From the NCBI GenBank assembly GCA_021155985.1, contig JAJNBA010000012.1, positions 947-64,946 on the forward strand: a DNA stretch of 64,000 nucleotides, given 5' to 3'. A program made the translations under genes and the position numbers. Every line of letters begins with the position of its first letter. Position 1 is the stretch's first letter. Below are positions 26,697 through 35,349 of this stretch, piece by piece. The DNA is from Actinomycetes bacterium. Lineage in GTDB: Bacteria > Actinomycetota > UBA4738 > HRBIN12. The notes beneath the pieces are model-generated. The model ran no database searches. It was not told the origin of the DNA and worked only from the letters and a program-made list of their open reading frames with translations.

Positions 26697-26912
26697 TTAC
26701 GCGTCCTCCAGCTGGCCGCCGACGTAGCTCGCGTGGCCGTTCCCGTCGTAGAGGTACTCCACGACCCCGTCGAGTCCCGGCTGCTCCGCATCCGTGTCGT
26801 CATCCGTCTCCGGGCGTTCCGGCCAATACACCGGATGTCCCTCCTCGAGCTTGTCGTCGGGGATCTCTTCCTCGCGCCCGTCCAGCGGGCCGTCGACGAA
26901 CGTGACACGCAT
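26697..26912 (-). CDS. small acidic hypothetical protein (71 aa)
   Basis: MRVTFVDGPLDGREEEIPDDKLEEGHPVYWPERPETDDDTDAEQPG.... Its ATG lies 3 nt after the metallothionein stop, and its RBS GGAGGG sits inside that gene's last codons. Confidence 0.5.
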   Translation of the reverse strand: MRVTFVDGPLDGREEEIPDDKLEEGHPVYWPERPETDDDTDAEQPGLDGVVEYLYDGNGHASYVGGQLEDA

Positions 26913-26915
26913 CCT

Positions 26916-27065
26916 CTATCCCTCCTGGCAGTCCGGGTGTCCACACAGGCACGGCTGAGGCCCGGCGGATGGTCCCGCGGCAGCGACGCTCCGACAATGG
27001 TCGGAGCAGTAGGCGCCCGTCTCCTCGACCTGGCAGCGACACGCGTCGTGCGCACACTTCTCCAT
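26916..27065 (-). CDS. bacterial metallothionein (SmtA/BmtA-like), 49 aa, not in ORF track
   Basis: Hand translation gives MEKCAHDACRCQVEETGAYCSDHCRSVAAAGPSAGPQPCLCGHPDCQEG*. That is 8 Cys and 3 His in the pattern C-x4-C-x-C ... YCSxxC ... C-x-CGHxxC. The RBS GGAGGTG lies 7 nt upstream. Confidence 0.65.
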   Translation of the reverse strand: MEKCAHDACRCQVEETGAYCSDHCRSVAAAGPSAGPQPCLCGHPDCQEG

Positions 27066-27115
27066 CCGCGATCACCTCCGAGAGCCCCATACCCTCCTCG
27101 GGAGCTGGGGAAGCC

Positions 27116-27508
27116 TCAGGCCTTCCGCTTCTTCGGCTGCTGTGGGTTCTTCTTCCTGGGCTGCTTGGGCGGGAGCTCCTCGGCGTGATCGAGCGACCGA
27201 GCCACCCACTCACGGATACGGGCCGGGTCGTCGCGCCAGGCGCTCGGCAGCACGACGTACTCCTTCATGGGGCGGCCGGCCATCGGCTCGAAGACGCTTC
27301 CACCCGCACCGAGCACTTCGGCGCGGTCGGCCTCCGCGAGCCGCACGAGGACATCGTCGCCGAAGATCCCCATGAACATGTTGCCGTTCACGAACGCGGA
27401 GAGCTGGCCGAACATCGGACGGATCGACACCGCGGGATGATCGGGCACGATAGACGCGAAGAAGTCCTTCGTCTCATCGGTCGGCTTCGGTAGCTTCGAA
27501 GGAGCCAC
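27116..27508 (-). CDS. TfoX/Sxy N-terminal-domain family protein
   Basis: KDFFASIVPDHPAVSIRPMFGQLSAFVNGNMFMGIFGDDVLVRL...MKEYVVLP. GTG 27508 is the only start codon after the kinase stop. Confidence 0.7.
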   Translation of the reverse strand: MAPSKLPKPTDETKDFFASIVPDHPAVSIRPMFGQLSAFVNGNMFMGIFGDDVLVRLAEADRAEVLGAGGSVFEPMAGRPMKEYVVLPSAWRDDPARIREWVARSLDHAEELPPKQPRKKNPQQPKKRKA

Positions 27509-27518
27509 GACGACAACC

Positions 27519-28637
27519 CTACCCGGGGAGGGTGAACGAGATCGTCGTGCCGGCGCCCGTGCTCTCGGCTCGGATCTCGCCGCCATGTGCCTCGATCAGT
27601 GACTTCGCGATCGCGAGCCCGAGACCGGTGCCGGGCGAGTCCGCGGCTCGCGAGAATCGGGCGAACACGTGGGGGAGCCGCTCCGGCGGGATCCCCGTGC
27701 CGGTGTCGGCGATCGACACGCTGACACCCTCTCCCGCGGCGAACGCCTCGAGCGTGACCGAACCTCCGGCGGCCGTGTGCCGGAGCGCGTTGGACAGCAC
27801 GTTCCCGAGGACCTCGCCGATGCGCAGTCGGTCGACCTCGATCTCCGGCAACGACTCCGCCACGCGGGTGTCGAGTCGGACGCCGGCCTCGCCGGCCTGG
27901 GCGGCGAACGATCGCACCGCGCTCTCGATCAGGTGGCGTGGTTCGGTGGGCTCGAGATGCAGCGTCAGCGCGCCGGCCTCTGCCGTCGAGAGCGTCTGCA
28001 GGTCGTTCAGCAGTCGCGCCATGACCTTCGTCTCGTCCAGGACGGAGCGCAGGTGGGTCTCGTCGGCCGGGTAGAGGCCGTCCACCAGCGCCTCGAGGTT
28101 CGCCTGGATCACGGAGAGCGGCGTCCGGAGCTCGTGCGCGACGTCGGCGAGGAGCTGGCGGCGGCGGTCCTCGTTCGAGCCGAGCCGTTCCGTCATCGCG
28201 TTGAAGGCCGCGCCGAGGCGTTGCACCTCCCGGGGTCCGCGGACCTCGACACGCGACTCGTAGTCGCCCGCCGCCACGCGGTCGGCCGCCTCCATCACAT
28301 CGACGATCGGCGAGGCGAACCGTCGGCCGGCCCGCACCACCAGGAGCACCACGAGGACCACGACGACCAGCCCGATCGGGAAGAACGGGCCGCGGTCGCC
28401 CTCCCCGCGGGAGAAGAAGACGCCCGCCAGCGCCGAGAGTCCGACGATCGCCACAACGGCGACCCCGAGGACGACGACGAACTTGCCCAAGAAGTGGCGG
28501 CGCATGCCGCGCCACGCCTCGGGCCCGCGCGGCGGCCAGTCCTCGTCGTCGGGCCACCACGGAGGCCGTCCTCGCCCCCACGGCCCTTCGCCCCAAGGTG
28601 GACCATGCGGATGCGGGTGGTGGCGATCGTCAGGCAT
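27519..28637 (-). CDS. HAMP-domain sensor histidine kinase with His/Pro/Trp-rich N-terminal tail
   Basis: The H-box is LADVAHELRTPLS, the N-box is LGNVLSNALRHT, and the G-boxes are IADTGTGI / GTGLGLAI. Two TM helices are separated by a roughly 12-aa loop. The N-terminus is MPDDRHHPHPHGPPWGEGPWGRGRPPWWPDDEDWPP. Confidence 0.9.
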   Translation of the reverse strand: MPDDRHHPHPHGPPWGEGPWGRGRPPWWPDDEDWPPRGPEAWRGMRRHFLGKFVVVLGVAVVAIVGLSALAGVFFSRGEGDRGPFFPIGLVVVVLVVLLVVRAGRRFASPIVDVMEAADRVAAGDYESRVEVRGPREVQRLGAAFNAMTERLGSNEDRRRQLLADVAHELRTPLSVIQANLEALVDGLYPADETHLRSVLDETKVMARLLNDLQTLSTAEAGALTLHLEPTEPRHLIESAVRSFAAQAGEAGVRLDTRVAESLPEIEVDRLRIGEVLGNVLSNALRHTAAGGSVTLEAFAAGEGVSVSIADTGTGIPPERLPHVFARFSRAADSPGTGLGLAIAKSLIEAHGGEIRAESTGAGTTISFTLPG

Positions 28638-29313
28638 CCGCGAACCGATATCCGACGCCGTGGACGGTCAGGACGTAGCGCGGCTTCCCGGGTTCGGGCT
28701 CGAGCTTCTTCCGGATGTTCTTCACGTGCGCGTCGATCGCGCGTTCGTAGGACTCGATCGCCATGCCGTGGATCGCGTCCAGCAGCTGCCCTCGTGTGAA
28801 CACGCGCCCCGGCTCGCGGGCGAGCGCGGCGAGGAGCTGGAACTCCGTGGGCGTCAGCTCGACGGGCCGGCCACTCGCCGTGACCCGCATCCGTTGCGGA
28901 TCGATCTCGACGTCCGCGACCCGCACCGGCTGCTCCCGCAGCATCTCCGCGGTGGAGGTGCGGCGGAGGACGGCGCGCACCCTCGCCACCAGCTCCTTCG
29001 GACTGAACGGCTTCACGACGTAGTCGTCGGCGCCGAGCTCGAGGCCGACGATCCGGTCGGTCTCCTCGCCGCGTGCCGTGAGCATCACGATCGGGACGTG
29101 CGAGGAGCCGCGGAGCTCGCGCGCCACGTCGAGTCCGTCGATGCCCGGGAGACCGAGGTCGAGCACGACGAGATCGGGTCTCGATCCACGGGCGCTCGCG
29201 AGGGCGGCCTCGCCGTTGGAGGCCACGATCACGTCGAAACCGGCGTCGGTGAGGTAGTCACGCACGACGCGCGCGATCTTCATCTCGTCCTCGACGACGA
29301 GAACGGTCCTCAT
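28630..29313 (-). CDS. OmpR-family response regulator
   Basis: MRTVLVVEDEMKIARVV...DLVVLDLGLPGIDG...DDYVVKPFS...LTPTEFQLL...VHGVGYRF. It overlaps the kinase start by 8 nt. Confidence 0.9.
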   Translation of the reverse strand: MRTVLVVEDEMKIARVVRDYLTDAGFDVIVASNGEAALASARGSRPDLVVLDLGLPGIDGLDVARELRGSSHVPIVMLTARGEETDRIVGLELGADDYVVKPFSPKELVARVRAVLRRTSTAEMLREQPVRVADVEIDPQRMRVTASGRPVELTPTEFQLLAALAREPGRVFTRGQLLDAIHGMAIESYERAIDAHVKNIRKKLEPEPGKPRYVLTVHGVGYRFADA

Positions 29314-29368
29314 CCCGGCGACTCTACGCCGGGTCTGTGAAGGACCCGTGAACGAACGGCGTGGTGGC

Positions 29369-29401
29369 CGTCGCCTCAGTCCCGATGCGTCAGAGGCGAC
29401 G
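29369..29401 (-). terminator. hairpin overlapping the stop of the membrane-EEP gene
   Basis: CGTCGCCTC (29369..29377) pairs with GAGGCGACG (29393..29401). Confidence 0.4.
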
Positions 29402-31234
29402 GATCGTCGCGACGACCGGGAAGTGGTCGGACACATCGGTCCGCCCGACCGCCACATCGGTCGCCGTCAGGTGTGTCCCGATCAGGATGTGATCGAAGAT
29501 CTCACCCTCCTCGGGGAACGTGGCAGCCCATTCCCCCGTCAGGTCCTGCACCGTGACGAAGCCGACGCCCTGGAATTTCGCCAGCTCCGGAGACCCGATC
29601 TCCGAGTTCAGGTCGCCGGCGACGATGGTGCTGTCCGCGTCGTCGATCGCCCGCAGGAGGCCGTCGATCTGCAGGAGCCGCGTTCGAGCGTCCAGCCCGC
29701 CGTCGAGATGGGTCGCAACCACGCGGAGCGGATCCTCGGCGAAGGTCACGGAGAGGTAGCTCCGCGGGTGCAGGCCCCGACCCTGTGGGAGCGGCCCCTG
29801 CTCCGTCGTGAGGACCCGGAGCGTCGGCCGGTACATGATCGTGTTCCCGAACGGCCCGTCCCCCGCCGGCCCGAACAGGTACGGCATGCGGAGCCGCCAC
29901 GACAGCCACTCGACCACATCGGTCATCCCCGTCACGGGCCAGCCACGGCTCGCCTCCTGCAGGACCACGATGGATGGCCTCCGTGCCTCGATCGTCGATG
30001 CGATGGTCTCCAGGTCGACCTGACCGTCGTTCACCGCCGAGTGGACGTTGTAGTCGAGCAGCCTGATCATCCGAGGAGCGCTCGAGGTGTGGGTCGCGAG
30101 GGTCGGGGTCGACAACCAGAGACCCAACGGCACGCCCAGGAGGAGGGTCGCCCCGAAAGCGGCACGATGACCGAGAGGAGCCAGGCCGCCCGGAGGGGAT
30201 CTCGAACCCACCCATGCCAGCAGGAGGAGGGCGATCGTCGCGGCCTCGAGAAGGTATCCGCCGGGGAGCGGAAGCGGCCTCGGCTTCTGGTACGCGACCA
30301 CCAACACCCCGATCACGGCGGGGCCGGCGGCGTGAGCCAGAAGCTGGAAGATGCGGCCGCGTCCGGCAGGCGATCGGAAGGCGAGGGCGAGCATCACCGC
30401 GGTGCCCATCGACACGAGCGCGAAGAGGATCAGCACCGCGGCGCCGGGGCCCAGCCGGAGGCCGACCACGCCCACGGCCGCGATCACCGCCAGCCAGATC
30501 TGCCAGCGTGGCCACGCGCCGACCACGAGGATCGTGGCTGCGTCGAGCGCGAGGATGATGGCAACGGCCTGGAGCGAGGTCACGCCGGATCGAGCAACCA
30601 CGAAGGGAACGTTCTGCAGGAAGAGCGCGTGCAGGAACAGGAAGGGGCCGATCGCGACCAGAGCGACCCACGAGACGCTCGATCCGTCGCTCCGCACCGT
30701 GCGCGTCGTCACGATCGCCAAGCTCATCGCTCCCACGGAGAGCGAGACCGCCACGACCCATGGCAGCACGCCTTCCTGCCACACGGGATCCCAACCGTGG
30801 AAGACGCTCCGGATCGCGAGGTCGACGGCGAAGCCGAGCAGAAGGCCCTGTACCGGCCGGGGTGCTCGTCCGGCGAGGCCGGTGGCGACGATCGACATGA
30901 GCGCCCAGAGCGCAGCGGCGGTCGTGATCGCCACGAGCCAGAACGGGATCGTTCCCGCCACCTGGAGAGCGATCAGGCCCGTCGCCAGCAGGCCGACGCC
31001 CAAGAGGACGGAGCGCCGATCGCCGATCACCTCGCGGAACGACGCACCGAGGATCGACCCGAGCGCGGGGATGCCGACCGCCACCGCCGCCGCAGCCGCA
31101 TACCCCACGTCCTCGAAACCGTCGAAGATGATCGGGAAGAACACCCGAAGGACCTGGAGCGAGACGACGCACACCACCGCGAGAAGCGCGACTCCCACCG
31201 ATGAACTATGGGGGAACCGCCGGGGGACCGTCAC
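29390..31234 (-). CDS. polytopic membrane protein with C-terminal endonuclease/exonuclease/phosphatase (EEP) domain
   Basis: About 10 hydrophobic segments precede RLLDYNVHSA...VVLQEA...VATHLD...VAGDLNS...SDHFPVVATI. The start is GTG 31234 or GTG 31198; the track start at 31372 is Arg-rich. Confidence 0.8.
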   Translation of the reverse strand: MTVPRRFPHSSSVGVALLAVVCVVSLQVLRVFFPIIFDGFEDVGYAAAAAVAVGIPALGSILGASFREVIGDRRSVLLGVGLLATGLIALQVAGTIPFWLVAITTAAALWALMSIVATGLAGRAPRPVQGLLLGFAVDLAIRSVFHGWDPVWQEGVLPWVVAVSLSVGAMSLAIVTTRTVRSDGSSVSWVALVAIGPFLFLHALFLQNVPFVVARSGVTSLQAVAIILALDAATILVVGAWPRWQIWLAVIAAVGVVGLRLGPGAAVLILFALVSMGTAVMLALAFRSPAGRGRIFQLLAHAAGPAVIGVLVVAYQKPRPLPLPGGYLLEAATIALLLLAWVGSRSPPGGLAPLGHRAAFGATLLLGVPLGLWLSTPTLATHTSSAPRMIRLLDYNVHSAVNDGQVDLETIASTIEARRPSIVVLQEASRGWPVTGMTDVVEWLSWRLRMPYLFGPAGDGPFGNTIMYRPTLRVLTTEQGPLPQGRGLHPRSYLSVTFAEDPLRVVATHLDGGLDARTRLLQIDGLLRAIDDADSTIVAGDLNSEIGSPELAKFQGVGFVTVQDLTGEWAATFPEEGEIFDHILIGTHLTATDVAVGRTDVSDHFPVVATIRRL

Positions 31235-31278
31235 GCGGAGAGCAGGCCTCGAGCTCCGAGACCTGCTCTCCCGCAACC

Positions 31279-31659
31279 CTAGTTCGGTGGCTGTGCAGGC
31301 GGATCCTGGCCGCCCGATCCTCCGCCGCTCTCGTGCTGCCGGCGGTGCCACTCCTCGTATCCCTGCTCCCACCGGCCGTGATCACCGGGGCCGTGGTGGC
31401 CACCGGGGCCACCGTCGTGATCCCAGTGCCGGCGCCACATCGCGCCCTTGAACGCGAACAGCGCCAGGAAGAACAACGGGAAGAAGAGGAAGAACGGGAA
31501 GAACCCGAACCCATGACCGCCGACGTACCGGACGACTTCGACGCCCTCGCCGGTTCGTTCCAGCCCTTCCGTGACGCCCCAGTTGTAGGCGCCGATCCCG
31601 ACGCCCACCAACAGCAGGACCAACAGGATCGCGGCGCCCCATCCGAACCCGCGTCGCAT
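31279..31659 (-). CDS. small two-helix membrane protein with His/Gly/Trp-rich C-terminal tail (126 aa)
   Basis: MRRGFGWGAAILLVLLLVGVGIG...GFGFFPFFLFFPLFFLALFAF...WRRHWDHDGGPGGHHGPGDHGRWEQGYEEWHRRQHE. An RBS (AAGGAGG) is present. Confidence 0.6.
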   Translation of the reverse strand: MRRGFGWGAAILLVLLLVGVGIGAYNWGVTEGLERTGEGVEVVRYVGGHGFGFFPFFLFFPLFFLALFAFKGAMWRRHWDHDGGPGGHHGPGDHGRWEQGYEEWHRRQHESGGGSGGQDPPAQPPN

Positions 31660-31765
31660 CTCGAACCTCCTTGCCGGATGGGTCCCTCCCATCCTGGCCT
31701 CAGGTTCGCGCCGCGGTGTGAAGGAGCCGTGAATGACGTGTGGAGGGTTCGCGTAGGCTCCGCCC

Positions 31766-32296
31766 ATGCTCGAGGGCGACCGGGTCGTGCTGCGTCCGAT
31801 CCAGGAGAGGGACCGCGAGCGTCTGTATGAGCTCGTGGAGACGATCGAGGTGCGCGCGCTCTCCACCCACGATCCTCCCCTGCCGCTCTCCCTCGAGGAG
31901 ATCGAGGCCCGCGATCGGCGATGGCTCGAGGAGCGTCACGCGGACTCGGCCTGGTTCGCGATCGATGTCGACGAAGAGACGATCGGGATGTGCGGCCTGC
32001 ATTCGATCGATCACTTCCAGCAGCGAGCCGAGATCGGGATACGGCTCGGGAGGGCCTACTGGGGCAAGGGGTACGGGCAGGACGCCGTCCGCACGTTGCT
32101 GGACTACGGCTTCCGCCATCTCAACCTCGCGAGGATCTCCCTCCGCGTCCTCGCCGACGACGAACGAGCGGTGGGTGCCTATCGCAGAGCCGGGTTCGTG
32201 GAGGAGGGCCGGCTCCGCGCCCATGCCTGGTACGACGGCGCCCGTCACGACGAGCTCGTGATGAGCGTGCTGCGGGACGACTGGAAGCCTGCGTAG
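31766..32296 (+). CDS. GNAT-family N-acetyltransferase (RimJ/RimL-like)
   Basis: LRPIQERDRERLYELV...IGIRLGRAYWGKGYGQDAVRTLLDYGF..L.L.RI.L.V...N.RAVGAYRRAGF. Confidence 0.85.
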   Translation: MLEGDRVVLRPIQERDRERLYELVETIEVRALSTHDPPLPLSLEEIEARDRRWLEERHADSAWFAIDVDEETIGMCGLHSIDHFQQRAEIGIRLGRAYWGKGYGQDAVRTLLDYGFRHLNLARISLRVLADDERAVGAYRRAGFVEEGRLRAHAWYDGARHDELVMSVLRDDWKPA

Positions 32297-32301
32297 AGCC
32301 C

Positions 32302-32811
32302 CTACAGATCCACCGCGTACCGCACGACCGGCTCGTTCGCGCAGTCGAACATGTGCGTGCTGACCGCGCCGTCCCACGCCCAGCCCTCGTTCTCGTAGAA
32401 GCGTCGCGCCCGCTCGTTCGCTTCGAGCACCCACAGGGTCGCCCGCGTGAAGCCGGCAAGCCTGAGCTCCGCCGTCGCTTCCTCGAGCAGCTCTCGCCCC
32501 ACGCCCTTGCCCAACGCGGAAGGCTCCACGTAGATCGCCGGCACTTCGCCTGTTCCCTCGGGGGCATCGTCGTCACGGCTCGGGCAGAACGACGCGAATC
32601 CCACTACTCGCCCGCCCTCCTCGGCCACGAACGCGCCGTTCCTCCTGTCCGGATCGGCGAACGCACCCAGCCACATCGCCTCGCGTTCGTCGACCGAGAG
32701 CCGGTCCAGGTACTCGTCAGGAAGCACGGCCCGGTATGCATACCGCCACGACGCCACGTGCACCTCGGCGACCGGTCGCGCGTCCTCCGGCGTCGCGCTG
32801 CGGATCCGCAC
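32302..32811 (-). CDS. GNAT-family N-acetyltransferase
   Basis: MRIRSATPEDARPVAEVHVASWRYAY...IYVEPSALGKGVGRELLEEA...ERARRFYENEGW. Confidence 0.85.
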   Translation of the reverse strand: MRIRSATPEDARPVAEVHVASWRYAYRAVLPDEYLDRLSVDEREAMWLGAFADPDRRNGAFVAEEGGRVVGFASFCPSRDDDAPEGTGEVPAIYVEPSALGKGVGRELLEEATAELRLAGFTRATLWVLEANERARRFYENEGWAWDGAVSTHMFDCANEPVVRYAVDL

Positions 32812-32815
32812 GCGA

Positions 32816-33751
32816 TCAGTCGAGGAGGTCGTCGATCTCGGCGAGCTCGTCGTCGGTGAGCCCCCACGCCTCGATCGCTTCGGCGTTCTGCCGCACCTGT
32901 TCGGCGCTGGTCGCCCCGGCGATCACGGTGGCGATCTCGGGCTGGACCGCCAGCCACGACATCGCGAGCTCAAGGATCGTGTGGCCGTGCTCCTCCGCGA
33001 ACCGGCTCAGCCGCTCGACGTCGTCGAAGCGCTCGTCGGTCAGGAACTCGTCCCAGCGGTCGCGGCCGGCCATCCGGGTTCCGGGAGCCGGCGGTTCGCC
33101 CCGGTGGTACTTCCCGGTCAGGAGTCCCGACGCGAGCGGGAAGTACGGCATGAAGCTCAGGCCGAGCCGCCGGCAGGCGGGGAGCACTTCATCCCGAGGC
33201 TCGCGCTCCACGAGGCTGTACTCGTTCTGCACGGTGACGAAGGAGCGAACCTCGAGCTCGCGTGCGGCATCGGTCGCTTCGTCGAGCTGCTTCGCGGAGA
33301 AGTTGGAGCAGCCGATCTGGAGGACCTTCCCCTCGTCGACCAATCGCGACATCGCCGTGAGCGTGTCGCCGATCGGCGTCGCGTCGTCGGGCGTGTGGAG
33401 CAGGTAGACGTCGATCCGGTCGGTCGCGAGGCGGCGGAGGCTCTCCTCGCACGCCCGCACCACCCACCGCGGGTCGCCGCCCGTCATCCCGTCCGGTGGC
33501 GTCCGCATCCCGAACTTCGAGACGATCACGGCGCGATCCCGGCGCGATCCCAGTGCCCGGCCGAGGATCTCCTCAGAGTGCGTGTCTCCGTAGAGATCGG
33601 CGGTGTCGAACAGGGTCGCGTCGGCCTCGAAGGCAGCGTCGACGACCTCGCGCGAACGCTCCTCGTCGATCCGCCGCGCGAAGTTGTTGCACCCGATCCC
33701 TGCCAACGGCACGGGGATCGATCCGATCGATCTGTGCTCCATCGGCTCCAT
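32816..33751 (-). CDS. aldo/keto reductase
   Basis: GCNNFARRIDEE...FDTADLYGDTHSEEILG...VIVSKFG...IDVYLLHTPD...IGCSNF. Confidence 0.9.
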   Translation of the reverse strand: MEPMEHRSIGSIPVPLAGIGCNNFARRIDEERSREVVDAAFEADATLFDTADLYGDTHSEEILGRALGSRRDRAVIVSKFGMRTPPDGMTGGDPRWVVRACEESLRRLATDRIDVYLLHTPDDATPIGDTLTAMSRLVDEGKVLQIGCSNFSAKQLDEATDAARELEVRSFVTVQNEYSLVEREPRDEVLPACRRLGLSFMPYFPLASGLLTGKYHRGEPPAPGTRMAGRDRWDEFLTDERFDDVERLSRFAEEHGHTILELAMSWLAVQPEIATVIAGATSAEQVRQNAEAIEAWGLTDDELAEIDDLLD

Positions 33752-33765
33752 GTTCCCAGCCGGGG

Positions 33766-35349
33766 CTACGGTTCGGCGACCTCACGTGGGTGGAGCAGGC
33801 CGAAGAGATATGCGTCCGTGAGGGCTTCCCACGACGCCTCGATGATGTTCTCGCTGACCCCGACCGTGGTCCAGGATCGCTCGCCGTTCGAGGAGTCGAT
33901 CAGCACGCGAACCACCGCCCCCGTCCCGTGCGTTTCGGCGAGCACCCGTACCCGGTAGTCCTCGAGCTCGATGTGCCGGAGCTCCGGGTAGTCGTTCGTG
34001 AGCGCCTTGCGGAGCGCGTCGTCCAGCGCGCCGACGGGCCCGTGACCCTCGGCGGACTCGATGTGGCGCGAGCCCTTCGTGCGGACCTTCACGGTGGCCT
34101 CGGCGAGCGGCGCGTCGCCGTCGCCGACACGCTCCTCCACGTGCACGCGGTAGCTGTCGATCACGAAGAACGGCTGCGTCCATCCGGACGCCCGTCGCAT
34201 CAGGAGCTCGAGGGACGCGTCCGCGAGCTCGAACGTGTAGCCGCGGGCCTCGCGTTCCTTCAACTGCTCGAGCACCACCGGTACCGCCTCGACCTCGATC
34301 GCGAAGTCGAACTCGGCAGCCTTCATCTTCAGCGTCGCGGCACCGCCGAGGTCCGAGGCGACCACGCCGCGCCGGTTGCCCACGGCGTCCGGAGAGACGT
34401 GCTCGTACGCCTCGCTGAACCTGGCGACGCCGCTCGCGTGGAGGCCCGCCTTGTGCGTGAACGCGAAGCGGCCCGCGTAGGGCTGCCGTGAATCGGGCGC
34501 GACGTTCGCGACCTCCGCGACGTAGTGTGCGACCTCCGTCAACCGCTCGACCGCGCCGGGCGGCAGGCAGTCGGCGTCCATCTTCAGCACGAGGTTCGCG
34601 GCGATCGGCACGATGTCCGCGTTGCCGGTGCGCTCGCCGTAACCGTTCACGACGCCCTGCACCTGGAGGACGCCCGCCTCGACGCCGGCGAGAGCGGACG
34701 CCACCGCGCACCCGGCGTCGTTGTGCGTGTGGATCCCGAGCGGGACGCCGTCCACGCGGGCGTGGACCTCCCCCACGATGCGCGCGACCTCCGACGGCAG
34801 CGTGCCGCCGTTCGTGTCGCAGAGCACCAGGCGCTCAGCGCCCTCCTCAGCCGCCGCCTCGAGCACGCGGATCGCGAAGTCCGCGTTCCCGAGGAAGCCG
34901 TCGAAGAAGTGCTCGGCGTCGAAGAAGACGTGGCGGCCCTGGGCCCGGAGATGCCGGACGGTGTCGCGGACCATCGCGACGCCCTCGTCGAGGTCGGTCC
35001 GGAGGGCCTTCTCGACGTGCACGTCCCAGCTCTTGCCCACGAACGTGACCGTCTCGGTCCCGGCGTCGAGGAGATCGCGCAGGATCGCGCTGTCCTCCGC
35101 GTTCTCGCCCGCGCGCCGGGTCATCCCGAACGCGACGAGCTCCGCGTGGTCGAGCGTCTCCTTCGTGGCGAGGCGGAAGAACTCGGTGTCGCGGGGGTTC
35201 GCGCCGGGCCAGCCGCCCTCGATGTAGGGCAGGCCGAGCTGGTCGAGCTTGTGGAGGATCCGCATCCGGTCCTCGACCGAGTAGGACAGACCGGGCGCCT
35301 GCGCGCCGTCACGCAGCGTCGTGTCGTAGAGCTCGACGCGCCTCCTCAC
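33766..35349 (-). CDS. cimA: (R)-citramalate synthase (LeuA_allo-type)
   Basis: VELYDTTLRDGAQAPGLSYSVEDRMRILHKLDQLGLPYIEGGWPGANPRDTEFF...GIHTHNDAGCAVA, with a C-terminal LeuA-dimer regulatory domain. Confidence 0.8.
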   Translation of the reverse strand: MRRRVELYDTTLRDGAQAPGLSYSVEDRMRILHKLDQLGLPYIEGGWPGANPRDTEFFRLATKETLDHAELVAFGMTRRAGENAEDSAILRDLLDAGTETVTFVGKSWDVHVEKALRTDLDEGVAMVRDTVRHLRAQGRHVFFDAEHFFDGFLGNADFAIRVLEAAAEEGAERLVLCDTNGGTLPSEVARIVGEVHARVDGVPLGIHTHNDAGCAVASALAGVEAGVLQVQGVVNGYGERTGNADIVPIAANLVLKMDADCLPPGAVERLTEVAHYVAEVANVAPDSRQPYAGRFAFTHKAGLHASGVARFSEAYEHVSPDAVGNRRGVVASDLGGAATLKMKAAEFDFAIEVEAVPVVLEQLKEREARGYTFELADASLELLMRRASGWTQPFFVIDSYRVHVEERVGDGDAPLAEATVKVRTKGSRHIESAEGHGPVGALDDALRKALTNDYPELRHIELEDYRVRVLAETHGTGAVVRVLIDSSNGERSWTTVGVSENIIEASWEALTDAYLFGLLHPREVAEP

